Translations under genes and position numbers: made by a program | Assembly (NCBI GenBank): GCA_964019425.1 | Contig: OZ025798.1 | Location: 1,302,001 to 1,366,000, forward strand | DNA: 64,000 nt | Direction of reading: 5' to 3' | Origin: Flectonema sp. DT1601 | Lineage: Eukaryota | In this document: positions 43,493 to 57,060 of the stretch, piece by piece | How the letters are laid out: each line of letters starts with the position of its first letter | How positions within the stretch are numbered: the stretch's first letter is position 1 | Notes under the pieces: model-generated | What the model was told of the DNA's origin: nothing | Databases searched by the model: none | The model's input: only the letters and a program-made list of their open reading frames with translations

Positions 43493-46206
43493 CCGCGGGA
43501 GGGAAGGCACACGCTGCCGATCCCCCCGCTCCAATGTTGTTCTCGTTGATGTTGTGGATGTGATGGTCCAGTCTGCTGTCTTCCTTTTTTTTTTTCCCCT
43601 TCTCTTTTCTCTCACTCTCTCGCGGTGGCAAGTGCTCTGGTCTTTTGAGAGGCTGGGAAAAAGGAAAACCAGTTTTGCTGATTTTCACCCTTTTTTTTGT
43701 TTTTACTGCGAGAGAGACGGAACGAGAGATACAGAGAGAGAGAGAGAGAGAGAGACAATGCAAAGAAAACAAAACTGACCTTTTACGTATTGAGAGAGAG
43801 AGAGAGAGAGAGAGGAAAAAAAGAAAAACAATTTCACCCTGGTTTTGTTTGTGCTGCTCCTCGATCATAGGGATACTCTTGCGGCAGTTGCCGAGTATCC
43901 CGTAAAAACTACCACAACAAAAACAACAACAACATTTACCAACTCGATTCTCACTTCCTGTTCCTTGGTGAGTTTTAGCAAAAGCTGACCAACTCGACTC
44001 ACGCAGCAGCTGCAGTTCCTCGCCGAGACGGAACCAGCCTCAATGATCCGAGTTGAGCGCCCACTCAGTTGGTCATCGGAGTGTAGTTATCAGCGGATTT
44101 CCTGGTTTCTCGCACAGAGAGCTAGGTTTCCCAACATAGCAACGCTCGTGGCAAAACTTGTCGTGGGAGGCTACTCGGGATTGGAGGTTGGCAGGTAAAT
44201 GGGGGGAAGTGAATGAAGAGAGGAGGAGACGCACGAGAGAGAATGGCAATATGTATGCGAGTGAGCCAGCTGCTGCTGCTGTGATTTGATTGGTATTTTT
44301 GCTAAGCAGTGTTTTCTTGCTCTGTGAACTGTTTTTGATGTTCAGGACGTGTTCATATTACTGAGGAAGGAGCCACCATCTGAGATCATGATCATGATGA
44401 TGATGATAGTAGTGGTGGTGGTGTGCGGTTAAATCTCTAATTTTGGTAAATGAAATTCAATCTTTTGCAGCAATATACTTATCGTCTCTCTCTCTCTGAC
44501 ATTTTCGATTTAGAAAAAGTAAAATCCTGTGATCAGTACTGCTTTCATTCGTCACCCATGTGGGTTGTTGTTGTTGTCTTGTCATTTTTCTTCTTTTTTT
44601 TCGTGCCTGCCGTCGTTGTCGTTGTGGTTGTGGTTGTCGTTGTCGTTGTGATGACGGCCTCACGGCAGTTACAAGTCTTCAGGAGTGGGGGGTTGTGTGT
44701 TTCCTTCTTCACGCAGGAGTCACGCCCCCCTGGTGAGAAATAATAATAATAAAACTAACAATGATAATGATAATATTGTACTTTTGTATAGGTACTGTAT
44801 TGTAATAACGCGCGATTGTTTTGCAATGTAATCAGTTCACTTTCACATTTCAATTGAATTCCCCAAATGACCTTCCCGGCGCAACATTTCTTTATTTTCT
44901 TTTTTTTAAATAATTTTTATAAACACTTTCTTTTCGTTGATTTCGTACCTTTCTTTTAAAGCCTAGCGAATGGCATTCCTTCCGTGTGGTGATTCCCCTG
45001 AACGCACAAACAAATACGCCTTGCGTGTCGGGGTCGGGGGGGAAAGGTTTTGCCGCTGACTTTTGGCTATTAATTTGTTGTTTGTTCTGTTCGTTTGTTT
45101 GCAATCATTCTTTCTTCTTTTTATTATCAGAAAGGACATGTCACAAGTGATGTGGTGGAGAGGGGAGAGTAAGTTAAGTGGAAAATGGTACCACTTGCCG
45201 TGTGATGGAAGGAGGGATCGTTGAGAGGGCTTTGCGGTGATGGTGACATGAGAGGGTGTTTGCAATTTTGTAACTTTTGTATATATTTTCATTTTTTTTT
45301 AACAGGAGCTGAACTTATGATGAGGTGAGCAGAAGCTTCACTGAACCTCCTCTCGGTGTGTGTGTATGCATGTATGTGTTGTGTATTGTTTGTTGAAACT
45401 CTGACGAGTTCTCATTACTCTTTGTGTGTGTGTGTGTGTTGTGTGTTCATATGTGTAGTTTGAGTGCTCGTGTGTCTGTGTCAGATGTTTCTGTGAAACT
45501 ATTTCTTTTGCCTTCCTTGAATTTACTGAACTTGTTCTTCGTGTTGTGATTTGTGGTGAAGTTGTGTTGTGTTTGTGTTGGAATTAAGTGTCGTGTTGTT
45601 TAACTCTGATGAGTTCTTATTGTGGTTTGAGTGCTGGTGATTTTTGCACGTGTTTCGTTTTTGAGTGCCCATTGGTTTGTGTGTGTCGCGTGTCCCGGGG
45701 GGGTGGGCATGTTTGATCTGTGTGGAACTATTTCTTATAGATTGTTAACCATAAATCTGCTTTTTAAGATTTTACACCTTTCCTTGATTGAACTGAACTT
45801 GCTTCGTGTTGTGATTTGTGGTGAAGTTCGATAAGTGACGTGGGAGTGGAATGCTTTATGTGGTATGTTTTGTTATATCAATATTTCCCGCCTTCAGCCG
45901 CGCACAAGTCGATAAGTGACGTGGGAATGGAATGATTTATTTGATATGTTTTATGGTTCTTATTGATTTGTGGCTACCAATTCTGATAGGTTACCTTCTT
46001 TTGTGAGCTTCTTATAATATACCGCGGTGTGCCTTCTCCATGATCCCCAAATGGGCCCTCATTATTCCTCAGGATTCTCAGTTGGAAATGTACTCTCTTT
46101 TGGTGGTAAAAGCAAAGTTCAGATCTCTTGATATTTTATTGCTGGATTGGCATGATGTTACTTCCTTTCCTTCTATCAGGCTTAAGACAAAACAAAGCAC
46201 AAAAAA

Positions 46207-47370
46207 ATGTTTGCCATCATCGGATTTGTGGGAGTATTCTGGTGGACGGTGTTCTGCTTTGGATGCGGTCTGCCTGACTTGCCTCCAGTTGGATTGATGC
46301 TGGGAATGTTCGAAGAGCCCGCCGAAGTTGTTGCGACAACGACGACGACGACGAACACCACCACCACCACCACTATTATCGACAAGTGGTGTTGTATTAT
46401 CGACAACAACACCTCCACTGACGCCAACTCCAGCTCCAGCGACAACGCCAACGCCAACGCCAACGCCAAAGCCAACGCCAACGTCAACGGCAACACCAAC
46501 GTCAACGAGTCTGCGTGTCATGCTGACGTGCCGCACTCTGTTGGTAAAAGTATTCCGCACCGTGTGGGTGACACGATGAGGAGGGCGTTTGGTTCCGCGA
46601 GCAGAGTGGCCGTCGAAGAGCTGATGAGGAGCAGCCAATGCTCCGATCACAGTGCCACCGATAGACTCGTGAAGTGCTTCGGGATCCGGTTCGCGATAAC
46701 CCGGGTGAAGCTTCTCGATGTGGTGCGCACTTGTGAAGCGGAACTCTCCGACATCACGCACGGTGTCTGGGGTGCGCTTGAGCTCGAGTGTGTCAGGTTT
46801 GCTGACCTCGTAATGGCTTGGGTGAATGAAGCAGCCAGTTCAGCGGCTGACTTCATGTTCTCTGTACTTTCTCTGTTTGATCGGTTTCTCTTGTTTTCGA
46901 GAAGCGTTCGCTCCGAACTGGAGGCATGTTTCCTTTCTTTTTTTGCTGGACCCATTGGTGCTTATCGCTCGGTCGAGGCAGATCTGAAGTCTGCGTCCGA
47001 GGTGATTCGCGGGGGGTTCGGGAAAGTGGTTGCATGTACGGAGATTGCTGACCAGAGTGTTAAGCTGTTTTGCATCAATCACCGGATTGATCAGAGCAAG
47101 AAACACTTGGAACGCATCTTCAGGGGATGGAAAGTCGAGGCGGCAGCCGTAGTCAATAAAGTTGACATTAAGTATTTGTTTGAAGCTGTCGCCGCGCTTT
47201 CCGATGCCTGTTCTTTTCTTCTTTGGATTGTTTTGTTGTTGGTATTGCTCTCCTTTGAAATTGTCAATTTCTTGGGTTTGTTTGCCGGCATGAGTAGCGG
47301 AGAAAAAAGGAAGTTTCGGCTTGCGCAGCAGCTGTTTGCGGCTTGTGTTTTTCATGTTTGTTGTCGTTAA
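46207..47370 (+). CDS. Orphan predicted membrane protein, array copy 3
   Basis: Translation identical to copy 1. Confidence 0.65.
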   Translation: MFAIIGFVGVFWWTVFCFGCGLPDLPPVGLMLGMFEEPAEVVATTTTTTNTTTTTTIIDKWCCIIDNNTSTDANSSSSDNANANANAKANANVNGNTNVNESACHADVPHSVGKSIPHRVGDTMRRAFGSASRVAVEELMRSSQCSDHSATDRLVKCFGIRFAITRVKLLDVVRTCEAELSDITHGVWGALELECVRFADLVMAWVNEAASSAADFMFSVLSLFDRFLLFSRSVRSELEACFLSFFAGPIGAYRSVEADLKSASEVIRGGFGKVVACTEIADQSVKLFCINHRIDQSKKHLERIFRGWKVEAAAVVNKVDIKYLFEAVAALSDACSFLLWIVLLLVLLSFEIVNFLGLFAGMSSGEKRKFRLAQQLFAACVFHVCCR

Positions 47371-48581
47371 ATGAATTCTGTTGTTGTTTGAAAAAAACAG
47401 CAGCCCAACAAAAAAAAAAGCAAAAGCAAAACCAAAACCAAAACTAAAAAAAAAAAAAAAATAATAATAATAATAAGCGACCTTTGTACCAACTTCCCTT
47501 TAACCCAATTAATATGTGCGTATAATTATTCAAAAAAAAAAAAAGAAACAAAAACGATCGACTCCAACAAAAAAAAAAAAAAAAAAAATTCAAAACAAAA
47601 AGAATGTACCGCACACTTTTCTTTTTTTTTTTTTTTTTTTTTCCTCCTTTCATTTTTTTCATCTATCCTCCTCCTTGTTTTCCTTCCTGTTATGAAGAAA
47701 AATACCGTATTAAACTTTGAAGACAATTAACTAACTCTGCCATGAGTGGAGAGAGAGAGAGAGAGAGAGAGAGACAGCCATGTTTTTTTTTCGTTTGAAG
47801 TTCAAAGAAAAATGGTTCTGTCTTTTTTTTTTTTAGTTGTTTTCTAGTTTTTAGATGCCGCTTCTTCATTTCTGACAGCTGCAATTGCATTGCTGCTTTT
47901 GTGAATTAAGGTAGGTGAGATGGATTTCCTTTACACGAACTTCTCTTTTCTTTTTTTTTTTCCCCCGACAAGTAGTAGTAGAAAGTACGGGCCATTCACA
48001 TCTGGGTTAGTAAGTTGTTGTCGTTGTCGTTGTTGTTGTTGTTGTCTTGTCGTCGAGCGAGAGAGTACAACTACTCTCTCGGCCGATAGACATTTTCATT
48101 TTCATTTTTCTCATAACCAACAACAAGAAATTTTCTTTAACAACACGGGGGCGAGATGTGAATGGTCTTTTGGAGAATTGTGTCGGATTTTATTTTATTT
48201 TATTTTATTTTTTTTTTTTTTTTTTTTGCTGGCACACGAAAACTAATAAACGCACTGAAAGAAGGAAAACCGGAACCCGGAAGTTGCAACTCCGATGCTC
48301 TGGCTCTTCACTTCGACGAACAACAAAAGGCTGAAAAGAGAGAATATTATTATTTTCTTGATTTGCTTTGAGATTGTGGAGTTTTTGTGTCCAATTTTTC
48401 ATTTCTTCTTTTCAATTTAACAAAAAATAAAAATAAAAAAACCTTAAAAAATTTAAAAAACAAAAAAGATCCCATCCCTCGGTACCAGTCGCGGAAAAAA
48501 CGTTTATTTTCTCTTGGCAGTGCAAGTCTGGAGAGACGACCTGCAAAGGCTCTCTCTCTCTGGCATTCACCCATGAGGAGA

Positions 48582-48932
48582 TTGTATACCTTTCTTTACT
48601 TTGTTTTGTATACCTTTCTTAACTTTGCTTTATATACCTTTCTTTATTTGTTTTGTATACCTTTCTTTATTTGTTTTGTATACCATTCTTTATTTGTTTT
48701 GTATACCTTTCTTTATTTGTTTTATATACCTTTCTTTATTTGTTTTATATACCTTTCTTTATTTGTTTTGTATACCTTTCTTAACTTTGTTTTATATACC
48801 TTTCTTTATTTGCTTTGTATACCTTTCTTTATTTGTTTTGTATACCTTTCTTAACTTTGTTTTATATACCTTTCTTTATTTGCTTTGTGTACCATTCTTT
48901 ACTTTGTTTTGGATACCTTTCTTTATTTGTTT
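48582..48932. repeat. 23-bp minisatellite, ~15 copies (unit 3)
   Basis: As in unit 1. Confidence 0.95.
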
Positions 48933-49168
48933 CCGCGGGAGGGAAGGCACACGCTGCCGATCCCCCCGCTCCAATGTTGTTCTCGTTGATGTTGTGGATG
49001 TGATGGTCCAGTCTGCTGTCTTCCTTTTTTTTTTTCCCCTTCTCTTTTCTCTCACTCTCTCGCGGTGGCAAGTGCTCTGGTCTTTTGAGAGGCTGGGAAA
49101 AAGGAAAACCAGTTTTGCTGATTTTCACCCTTTTTTTTGTTTTTACTGCGAGAGAGACGGAACGAGAG

Positions 49169-49199
<31 letters not shown>

Positions 49200-51646
49200 C
49201 AATGCAAAGAAAACAAAACTGACCTTTTACGTATTGAGAGAGAGAGAGAGAGAGGAAAAAAAGAAAAACAATTTCACCCTGGTTTTGTTTGTGCTGCTCC
49301 TCGATCATAGGGATACTCTTGCGGCAGTTGCCGAGTATCCCGTAAAAACTACCACAACAAAAACAACAACAACATTTACCAACTCGATTCTCACTTCCTG
49401 TTCCTTGGTGAGTTTTAGCAAAAGCTGACCAACTCGACTCACGCAGCAGCTGCAGTTCCTCGCCGAGACGGAACCAGCCTCAATGATCCGAGTTGAGCGC
49501 CCACTCAGTTGGTCATCGGAGTGTAGTTATCAGCGGATTTCCTGGTTTCTCGCACAGAGAGCTAGGTTTCCCAACATAGCAACGCTCGTGGCAAAACTTG
49601 TCGTGGGAGGCTACTCGGGATTGGAGGTTGGCAGGTAAATGGGGGGAAGTGAATGAAGAGAGGAGGAGACGCACGAGAGAGAATGGCAATATGTATGCGA
49701 GTGAGCCAGCTGCTGCTGCTGTGATTTGATTGGTATTTTTGCTAAGCAGTGTTTTCTTGCTCTGTGAACTGTTTTTGATGTTCAGGACGTGTTCATATTA
49801 CTGAGGAAGGAGCCACCATCTGAGATCATGATCATGATGATGATGATAGTAGTGGTGGTGGTGTGCGGTTAAATCTCTAATTTTGGTAAATGAAATTCAA
49901 TCTTTTGCAGCAATATACTTATCGTCTCTCTCTCTCTGACATTTTCGATTTAGAAAAAGTAAAATCCTGTGATCAGTACTGCTTTCATTCGTCACCCATG
50001 TGGGTTGTTGTTGTTGTCTTGTCATTTTTCTTCTTTTTTTTCGTGCCTGCCGTCGTTGTCGTTGTGGTTGTGGTTGTCGTTGTCGTTGTGATGACGGCCT
50101 CACGGCAGTTACAAGTCTTCAGGAGTGGGGGGTTGTGTGTTTCCTTCTTCACGCAGGAGTCACGCCCCCCTGGTGAGAAATAATAATAATAAAACTAACA
50201 ATGATAATGATAATATTGTACTTTTGTATAGGTACTGTATTGTAATAACGCGCGATTGTTTTGCAATGTAATCAGTTCACTTTCACATTTCAATTGAATT
50301 CCCCAAATGACCTTCCCGGCGCAACATTTCTTTATTTTCTTTTTTTTAAATAATTTTTATAAACACTTTCTTTTCGTTGATTTCGTACCTTTCTTTTAAA
50401 GCCTAGCGAATGGCATTCCTTCCGTGTGGTGATTCCCCTGAACGCACAAACAAATACGCCTTGCGTGTCGGGGTCGGGGGGGAAAGGTTTTGCCGCTGAC
50501 TTTTGGCTATTAATTTGTTGTTTGTTCTGTTCGTTTGTTTGCAATCATTCTTTCTTCTTTTTATTATCAGAAAGGACATGTCACAAGTGATGTGGTGGAG
50601 AGGGGAGAGTAAGTTAAGTGGAAAATGGTACCACTTGCCGTGTGATGGAAGGAGGGATCGTTGAGAGGGCTTTGCGGTGATGGTGACATGAGAGGGTGTT
50701 TGCAATTTTGTAACTTTTGTATATATTTTCATTTTTTTTTAACAGGAGCTGAACTTATGATGAGGTGAGCAGAAGCTTCACTGAACCTCCTCTCGGTGTG
50801 TGTGTATGCATGTATGTGTTGTGTATTGTTTGTTGAAACTCTGACGAGTTCTCATTACTCTTTGTGTGTGTGTGTGTGTTGTGTGTTCATATGTGTAGTT
50901 TGAGTGCTCGTGTGTCTGTGTCAGATGTTTCTGTGAAACTATTTCTTTTGCCTTCCTTGAATTTACTGAACTTGTTCTTCGTGTTGTGATTTGTGGTGAA
51001 GTTGTGTTGTGTTTGTGTTGGAATTAAGTGTCGTGTTGTTTAACTCTGATGAGTTCTTATTGTGGTTTGAGTGCTGGTGATTTTTGCACGTGTTTCGTTT
51101 TTGAGTGCCCATTGGTTTGTGTGTGTCGCGTGTCCCGGGGGGGTGGGCATGTTTGATCTGTGTGGAACTATTTCTTATAGATTGTTAACCATAAATCTGC
51201 TTTTTAAGATTTTACACCTTTCCTTGATTGAACTGAACTTGCTTCGTGTTGTGATTTGTGGTGAAGTTCGATAAGTGACGTGGGAGTGGAATGCTTTATG
51301 TGGTATGTTTTGTTATATCAATATTTCCCGCCTTCAGCCGCGCACAAGTCGATAAGTGACGTGGGAATGGAATGATTTATTTGATATGTTTTATGGTTCT
51401 TATTGATTTGTGGCTACCAATTCTGATAGGTTACCTTCTTTTGTGAGCTTCTTATAATATACCGCGGTGTGCCTTCTCCATGATCCCCAAATGGGCCCTC
51501 ATTATTCCTCAGGATTCTCAGTTGGAAATGTACTCTCTTTTGGTGGTAAAAGCAAAGTTCAGATCTCTTGATATTTTATTGCTGGATTGGCATGATGTTA
51601 CTTCCTTTCCTTCTATCAGGCTTAAGACAAAACAAAGCACAAAAAA

Positions 51647-52810
51647 ATGTTTGCCATCATCGGATTTGTGGGAGTATTCTGGTGGACGGTGTTCTGCTTT
51701 GGATGCGGTCTGCCTGACTTGCCTCCAGTTGGATTGATGCTGGGAATGTTCGAAGAGCCCGCCGAAGTTGTTGCGACAACGACGACGACGACGAACACCA
51801 CCACCACCACCACTATTATCGACAAGTGGTGTTGTATTATCGACAACAACACCTCCACTGACGCCAACTCCAGCTCCAGCGACAACGCCAACGCCAACGC
51901 CAACGCCAAAGCCAACGCCAACGTCAACGGCAACACCAACGTCAACGAGTCTGCGTGTCATGCTGACGTGCCGCACTCTGTTGGTAAAAGTATTCCGCAC
52001 CGTGTGGGTGACACGATGAGGAGGGCGTTTGGTTCCGCGAGCAGAGTGGCCGTCGAAGAGCTGATGAGGAGCAGCCAATGCTCCGATCACAGTGCCACCG
52101 ATAGACTCGTGAAGTGCTTCGGGATCCGGTTCGCGATAACCCGGGTGAAGCTTCTCGATGTGGTGCGCACTTGTGAAGCGGAACTCTCCGACATCACGCA
52201 CGGTGTCTGGGGTGCGCTTGAGCTCGAGTGTGTCAGGTTTGCTGACCTCGTAATGGCTTGGGTGAATGAAGCAGCCAGTTCAGCGGCTGACTTCATGTTC
52301 TCTGTACTTTCTCTGTTTGATCGGTTTCTCTTGTTTTCGAGAAGCGTTCGCTCCGAACTGGAGGCATGTTTCCTTTCTTTTTTTGCTGGACCCATTGGTG
52401 CTTATCGCTCGGTCGAGGCAGATCTGAAGTCTGCGTCCGAGGTGATTCGCGGGGGGTTCGGGAAAGTGGTTGCATGTACGGAGATTGCTGACCAGAGTGT
52501 TAAGCTGTTTTGCATCAATCACCGGATTGATCAGAGCAAGAAACACTTGGAACGCATCTTCAGGGGATGGAAAGTCGAGGCGGCAGCCGTAGTCAATAAA
52601 GTTGACATTAAGTATTTGTTTGAAGCTGTCGCCGCGCTTTCCGATGCCTGTTCTTTTCTTCTTTGGATTGTTTTGTTGTTGGTATTGCTCTCCTTTGAAA
52701 TTGTCAATTTCTTGGGTTTGTTTGCCGGCATGAGTAGCGGAGAAAAAAGGAAGTTTCGGCTTGCGCAGCAGCTGTTTGCGGCTTGTGTTTTTCATGTTTG
52801 TTGTCGTTAA
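51647..52810 (+). CDS. Orphan predicted membrane protein, array copy 4
   Basis: Translation identical to copy 1. Confidence 0.65.
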   Translation: MFAIIGFVGVFWWTVFCFGCGLPDLPPVGLMLGMFEEPAEVVATTTTTTNTTTTTTIIDKWCCIIDNNTSTDANSSSSDNANANANAKANANVNGNTNVNESACHADVPHSVGKSIPHRVGDTMRRAFGSASRVAVEELMRSSQCSDHSATDRLVKCFGIRFAITRVKLLDVVRTCEAELSDITHGVWGALELECVRFADLVMAWVNEAASSAADFMFSVLSLFDRFLLFSRSVRSELEACFLSFFAGPIGAYRSVEADLKSASEVIRGGFGKVVACTEIADQSVKLFCINHRIDQSKKHLERIFRGWKVEAAAVVNKVDIKYLFEAVAALSDACSFLLWIVLLLVLLSFEIVNFLGLFAGMSSGEKRKFRLAQQLFAACVFHVCCR

Positions 52811-53186
52811 ATGAATTCTGTTGTTGTTTGAAAAAAACAGCAGCCCAACAAAAAAAAAAGCAAAAGCAAAACCAAAACCAAAACTAAAAAAAAAAAAAAA
52901 ATAATAATAATAATAAGCGACCTTTGTACCAACTTCCCTTTAACCCAATTAATATGTGCGTATAATTATTCAAAAAAAAAAAAAGAAACAAAAACGATCG
53001 ACTCCAACAAAAAAAAAAAAAAAAAAAATTCAAAACAAAAAGAATGTACCGCACACTTTTCTTTTTTTTTTTTTTTTTTTTTCCTCCTTTCATTTTTTTC
53101 ATCTATCCTCCTCCTTGTTTTCCTTCCTGTTATGAAGAAAAATACCGTATTAAACTTTGAAGACAATTAACTAACTCTGCCATGAG

Positions 53187-53231
<45 letters not shown>

Positions 53232-54035
53232 CCATGTTTTTTTTTCGTTTGAAGTTCAAAGAAAAATGGTTCTGTCTTTTTTTTTTTTAGTTGTTTTCTA
53301 GTTTTTAGATGCCGCTTCTTCATTTCTGACAGCTGCAATTGCATTGCTGCTTTTGTGAATTAAGGTAGGTGAGATGGATTTCCTTTACACGAACTTCTCT
53401 TTTCTTTTTTTTTTTCCCCCGACAAGTAGTAGTAGAAAGTACGGGCCATTCACATCTGGGTTAGTAAGTTGTTGTCGTTGTCGTTGTTGTTGTTGTTGTC
53501 TTGTCGTCGAGCGAGAGAGTACAACTACTCTCTCGGCCGATAGACATTTTCATTTTCATTTTTCTCATAACCAACAACAAGAAATTTTCTTTAACAACAC
53601 GGGGGCGAGATGTGAATGGTCTTTTGGAGAATTGTGTCGGATTTTATTTTATTTTATTTTATTTTATTTTTTTTTTTTTTTGCTGGCACACGAAAACTAA
53701 TAAACGCACTGAAAGAAGGAAAACCGGAACCCGGAAGTTGCAACTCCGATGCTCTGGCTCTTCACTTCGACGAACAACAAAAGGCTGAAAAGAGAGAATA
53801 TTATTATTTTCTTGATTTGCTTTGAGATTGTGGAGTTTTTGTGTCCAATTTTTCATTTCTTCTTTTCAATTTAACAAAAAATAAAAATAAAAAAACCTTA
53901 AAAAATTTAAAAAACAAAAAAGATCCCATCCCTCGGTACCAGTCGCGGAAAAAACGTTTATTTTCTCTTGGCAGTGCAAGTCTGGAGAGACGACCTGCAA
54001 AGGCTCTCTCTCTCTGGCATTCACCCATGAGGAGA

Positions 54036-54340
54036 TTGTATACCTTTCTTTACTTTGTTTTGTATACCTTTCTTAACTTTGCTTTATATACCTTTCTTTA
54101 TTTGTTTTGTATACCATTCTTTATTTGTTTTGTATACCTTTCTTTATTTGTTTTATATACCTTTCTTTATTTGTTTTATATACCTTTCTTTATTTGTTTT
54201 GTATACCTTTCTTAACTTTGTTTTATATACCTTTCTTTATTTGCTTTGTATACCTTTCTTAACTTTGTTTTATATACCTTTCTTTATTTGCTTTGTGTAC
54301 CATTCTTTACTTTGTTTTGGATACCTTTCTTTATTTGTTT
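54036..54340. repeat. 23-bp minisatellite, ~13 copies (unit 4)
   Basis: 46 bp (two units) shorter than in unit 1. Confidence 0.95.
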
Positions 54341-54576
54341 CCGCGGGAGGGAAGGCACACGCTGCCGATCCCCCCGCTCCAATGTTGTTCTCGTTGATGT
54401 TGTGGATGTGATGGTCCAGTCTGCTGTCTTCCTTTTTTTTTTTCCCCTTCTCTTTTCTCTCACTCTCTCGCGGTGGCAAGTGCTCTGGTCTTTTGAGAGG
54501 CTGGGAAAAAGGAAAACCAGTTTTGCTGATTTTCACCCTTTTTTTTGTTTTTACTGCGAGAGAGACGGAACGAGAG

Positions 54577-54611
<35 letters not shown>

Positions 54612-57060
54612 ATGCAAAGAAAACAAAACTGACCTTTTACGTATTGAGAGAGAGAGAGAGAGAGAGAGGAAAAAAAGAAAAACAATTTCACCCTGGTTTT
54701 GTTTGTGCTGCTCCTCGATCATAGGGATACTCTTGCGGCAGTTGCCGAGTATCCCGTAAAAACTACCACAACAAAAACAACAACAACATTTACCAACTCG
54801 ATTCTCACTTCCTGTTCCTTGGTGAGTTTTAGCAAAAGCTGACCAACTCGACTCACGCAGCAGCTGCAGTTCCTCGCCGAGACGGAACCAGCCTCAATGA
54901 TCCGAGTTGAGCGCCCACTCAGTTGGTCATCGGAGTGTAGTTATCAGCGGATTTCCTGGTTTCTCGCACAGAGAGCTAGGTTTCCCAACATAGCAACGCT
55001 CGTGGCAAAACTTGTCGTGGGAGGCTACTCGGGATTGGAGGTTGGCAGGTAAATGGGGGGAAGTGAATGAAGAGAGGAGGAGACGCACGAGAGAGAATGG
55101 CAATATGTATGCGAGTGAGCCAGCTGCTGCTGCTGTGATTTGATTGGTATTTTTGCTAAGCAGTGTTTTCTTGCTCTGTGAACTGTTTTTGATGTTCAGG
55201 ACGTGTTCATATTACTGAGGAAGGAGCCACCATCTGAGATCATGATCATGATGATGATGATAGTAGTGGTGGTGGTGTGCGGTTAAATCTCTAATTTTGG
55301 TAAATGAAATTCAATCTTTTGCAGCAATATACTTATCGTCTCTCTCTCTCTGACATTTTCGATTTAGAAAAAGTAAAATCCTGTGATCAGTACTGCTTTC
55401 ATTCGTCACCCATGTGGGTTGTTGTTGTTGTCTTGTCATTTTTCTTCTTTTTTTTCGTGCCTGCCGTCGTTGTCGTTGTGGTTGTGGTTGTCGTTGTCGT
55501 TGTGATGACGGCCTCACGGCAGTTACAAGTCTTCAGGAGTGGGGGGTTGTGTGTTTCCTTCTTCACGCAGGAGTCACGCCCCCCTGGTGAGAAATAATAA
55601 TAATAAAACTAACAATGATAATGATAATATTGTACTTTTGTATAGGTACTGTATTGTAATAACGCGCGATTGTTTTGCAATGTAATCAGTTCACTTTCAC
55701 ATTTCAATTGAATTCCCCAAATGACCTTCCCGGCGCAACATTTCTTTATTTTCTTTTTTTTAAATAATTTTTATAAACACTTTCTTTTCGTTGATTTCGT
55801 ACCTTTCTTTTAAAGCCTAGCGAATGGCATTCCTTCCGTGTGGTGATTCCCCTGAACGCACAAACAAATACGCCTTGCGTGTCGGGGTCGGGGGGGAAAG
55901 GTTTTGCCGCTGACTTTTGGCTATTAATTTGTTGTTTGTTCTGTTCGTTTGTTTGCAATCATTCTTTCTTCTTTTTATTATCAGAAAGGACATGTCACAA
56001 GTGATGTGGTGGAGAGGGGAGAGTAAGTTAAGTGGAAAATGGTACCACTTGCCGTGTGATGGAAGGAGGGATCGTTGAGAGGGCTTTGCGGTGATGGTGA
56101 CATGAGAGGGTGTTTGCAATTTTGTAACTTTTGTATATATTTTCATTTTTTTTTAACAGGAGCTGAACTTATGATGAGGTGAGCAGAAGCTTCACTGAAC
56201 CTCCTCTCGGTGTGTGTGTATGCATGTATGTGTTGTGTATTGTTTGTTGAAACTCTGACGAGTTCTCATTACTCTTTGTGTGTGTGTGTGTGTTGTGTGT
56301 TCATATGTGTAGTTTGAGTGCTCGTGTGTCTGTGTCAGATGTTTCTGTGAAACTATTTCTTTTGCCTTCCTTGAATTTACTGAACTTGTTCTTCGTGTTG
56401 TGATTTGTGGTGAAGTTGTGTTGTGTTTGTGTTGGAATTAAGTGTCGTGTTGTTTAACTCTGATGAGTTCTTATTGTGGTTTGAGTGCTGGTGATTTTTG
56501 CACGTGTTTCGTTTTTGAGTGCCCATTGGTTTGTGTGTGTCGCGTGTCCCGGGGGGGTGGGCATGTTTGATCTGTGTGGAACTATTTCTTATAGATTGTT
56601 AACCATAAATCTGCTTTTTAAGATTTTACACCTTTCCTTGATTGAACTGAACTTGCTTCGTGTTGTGATTTGTGGTGAAGTTCGATAAGTGACGTGGGAG
56701 TGGAATGCTTTATGTGGTATGTTTTGTTATATCAATATTTCCCGCCTTCAGCCGCGCACAAGTCGATAAGTGACGTGGGAATGGAATGATTTATTTGATA
56801 TGTTTTATGGTTCTTATTGATTTGTGGCTACCAATTCTGATAGGTTACCTTCTTTTGTGAGCTTCTTATAATATACCGCGGTGTGCCTTCTCCATGATCC
56901 CCAAATGGGCCCTCATTATTCCTCAGGATTCTCAGTTGGAAATGTACTCTCTTTTGGTGGTAAAAGCAAAGTTCAGATCTCTTGATATTTTATTGCTGGA
57001 TTGGCATGATGTTACTTCCTTTCCTTCTATCAGGCTTAAGACAAAACAAAGCACAAAAAA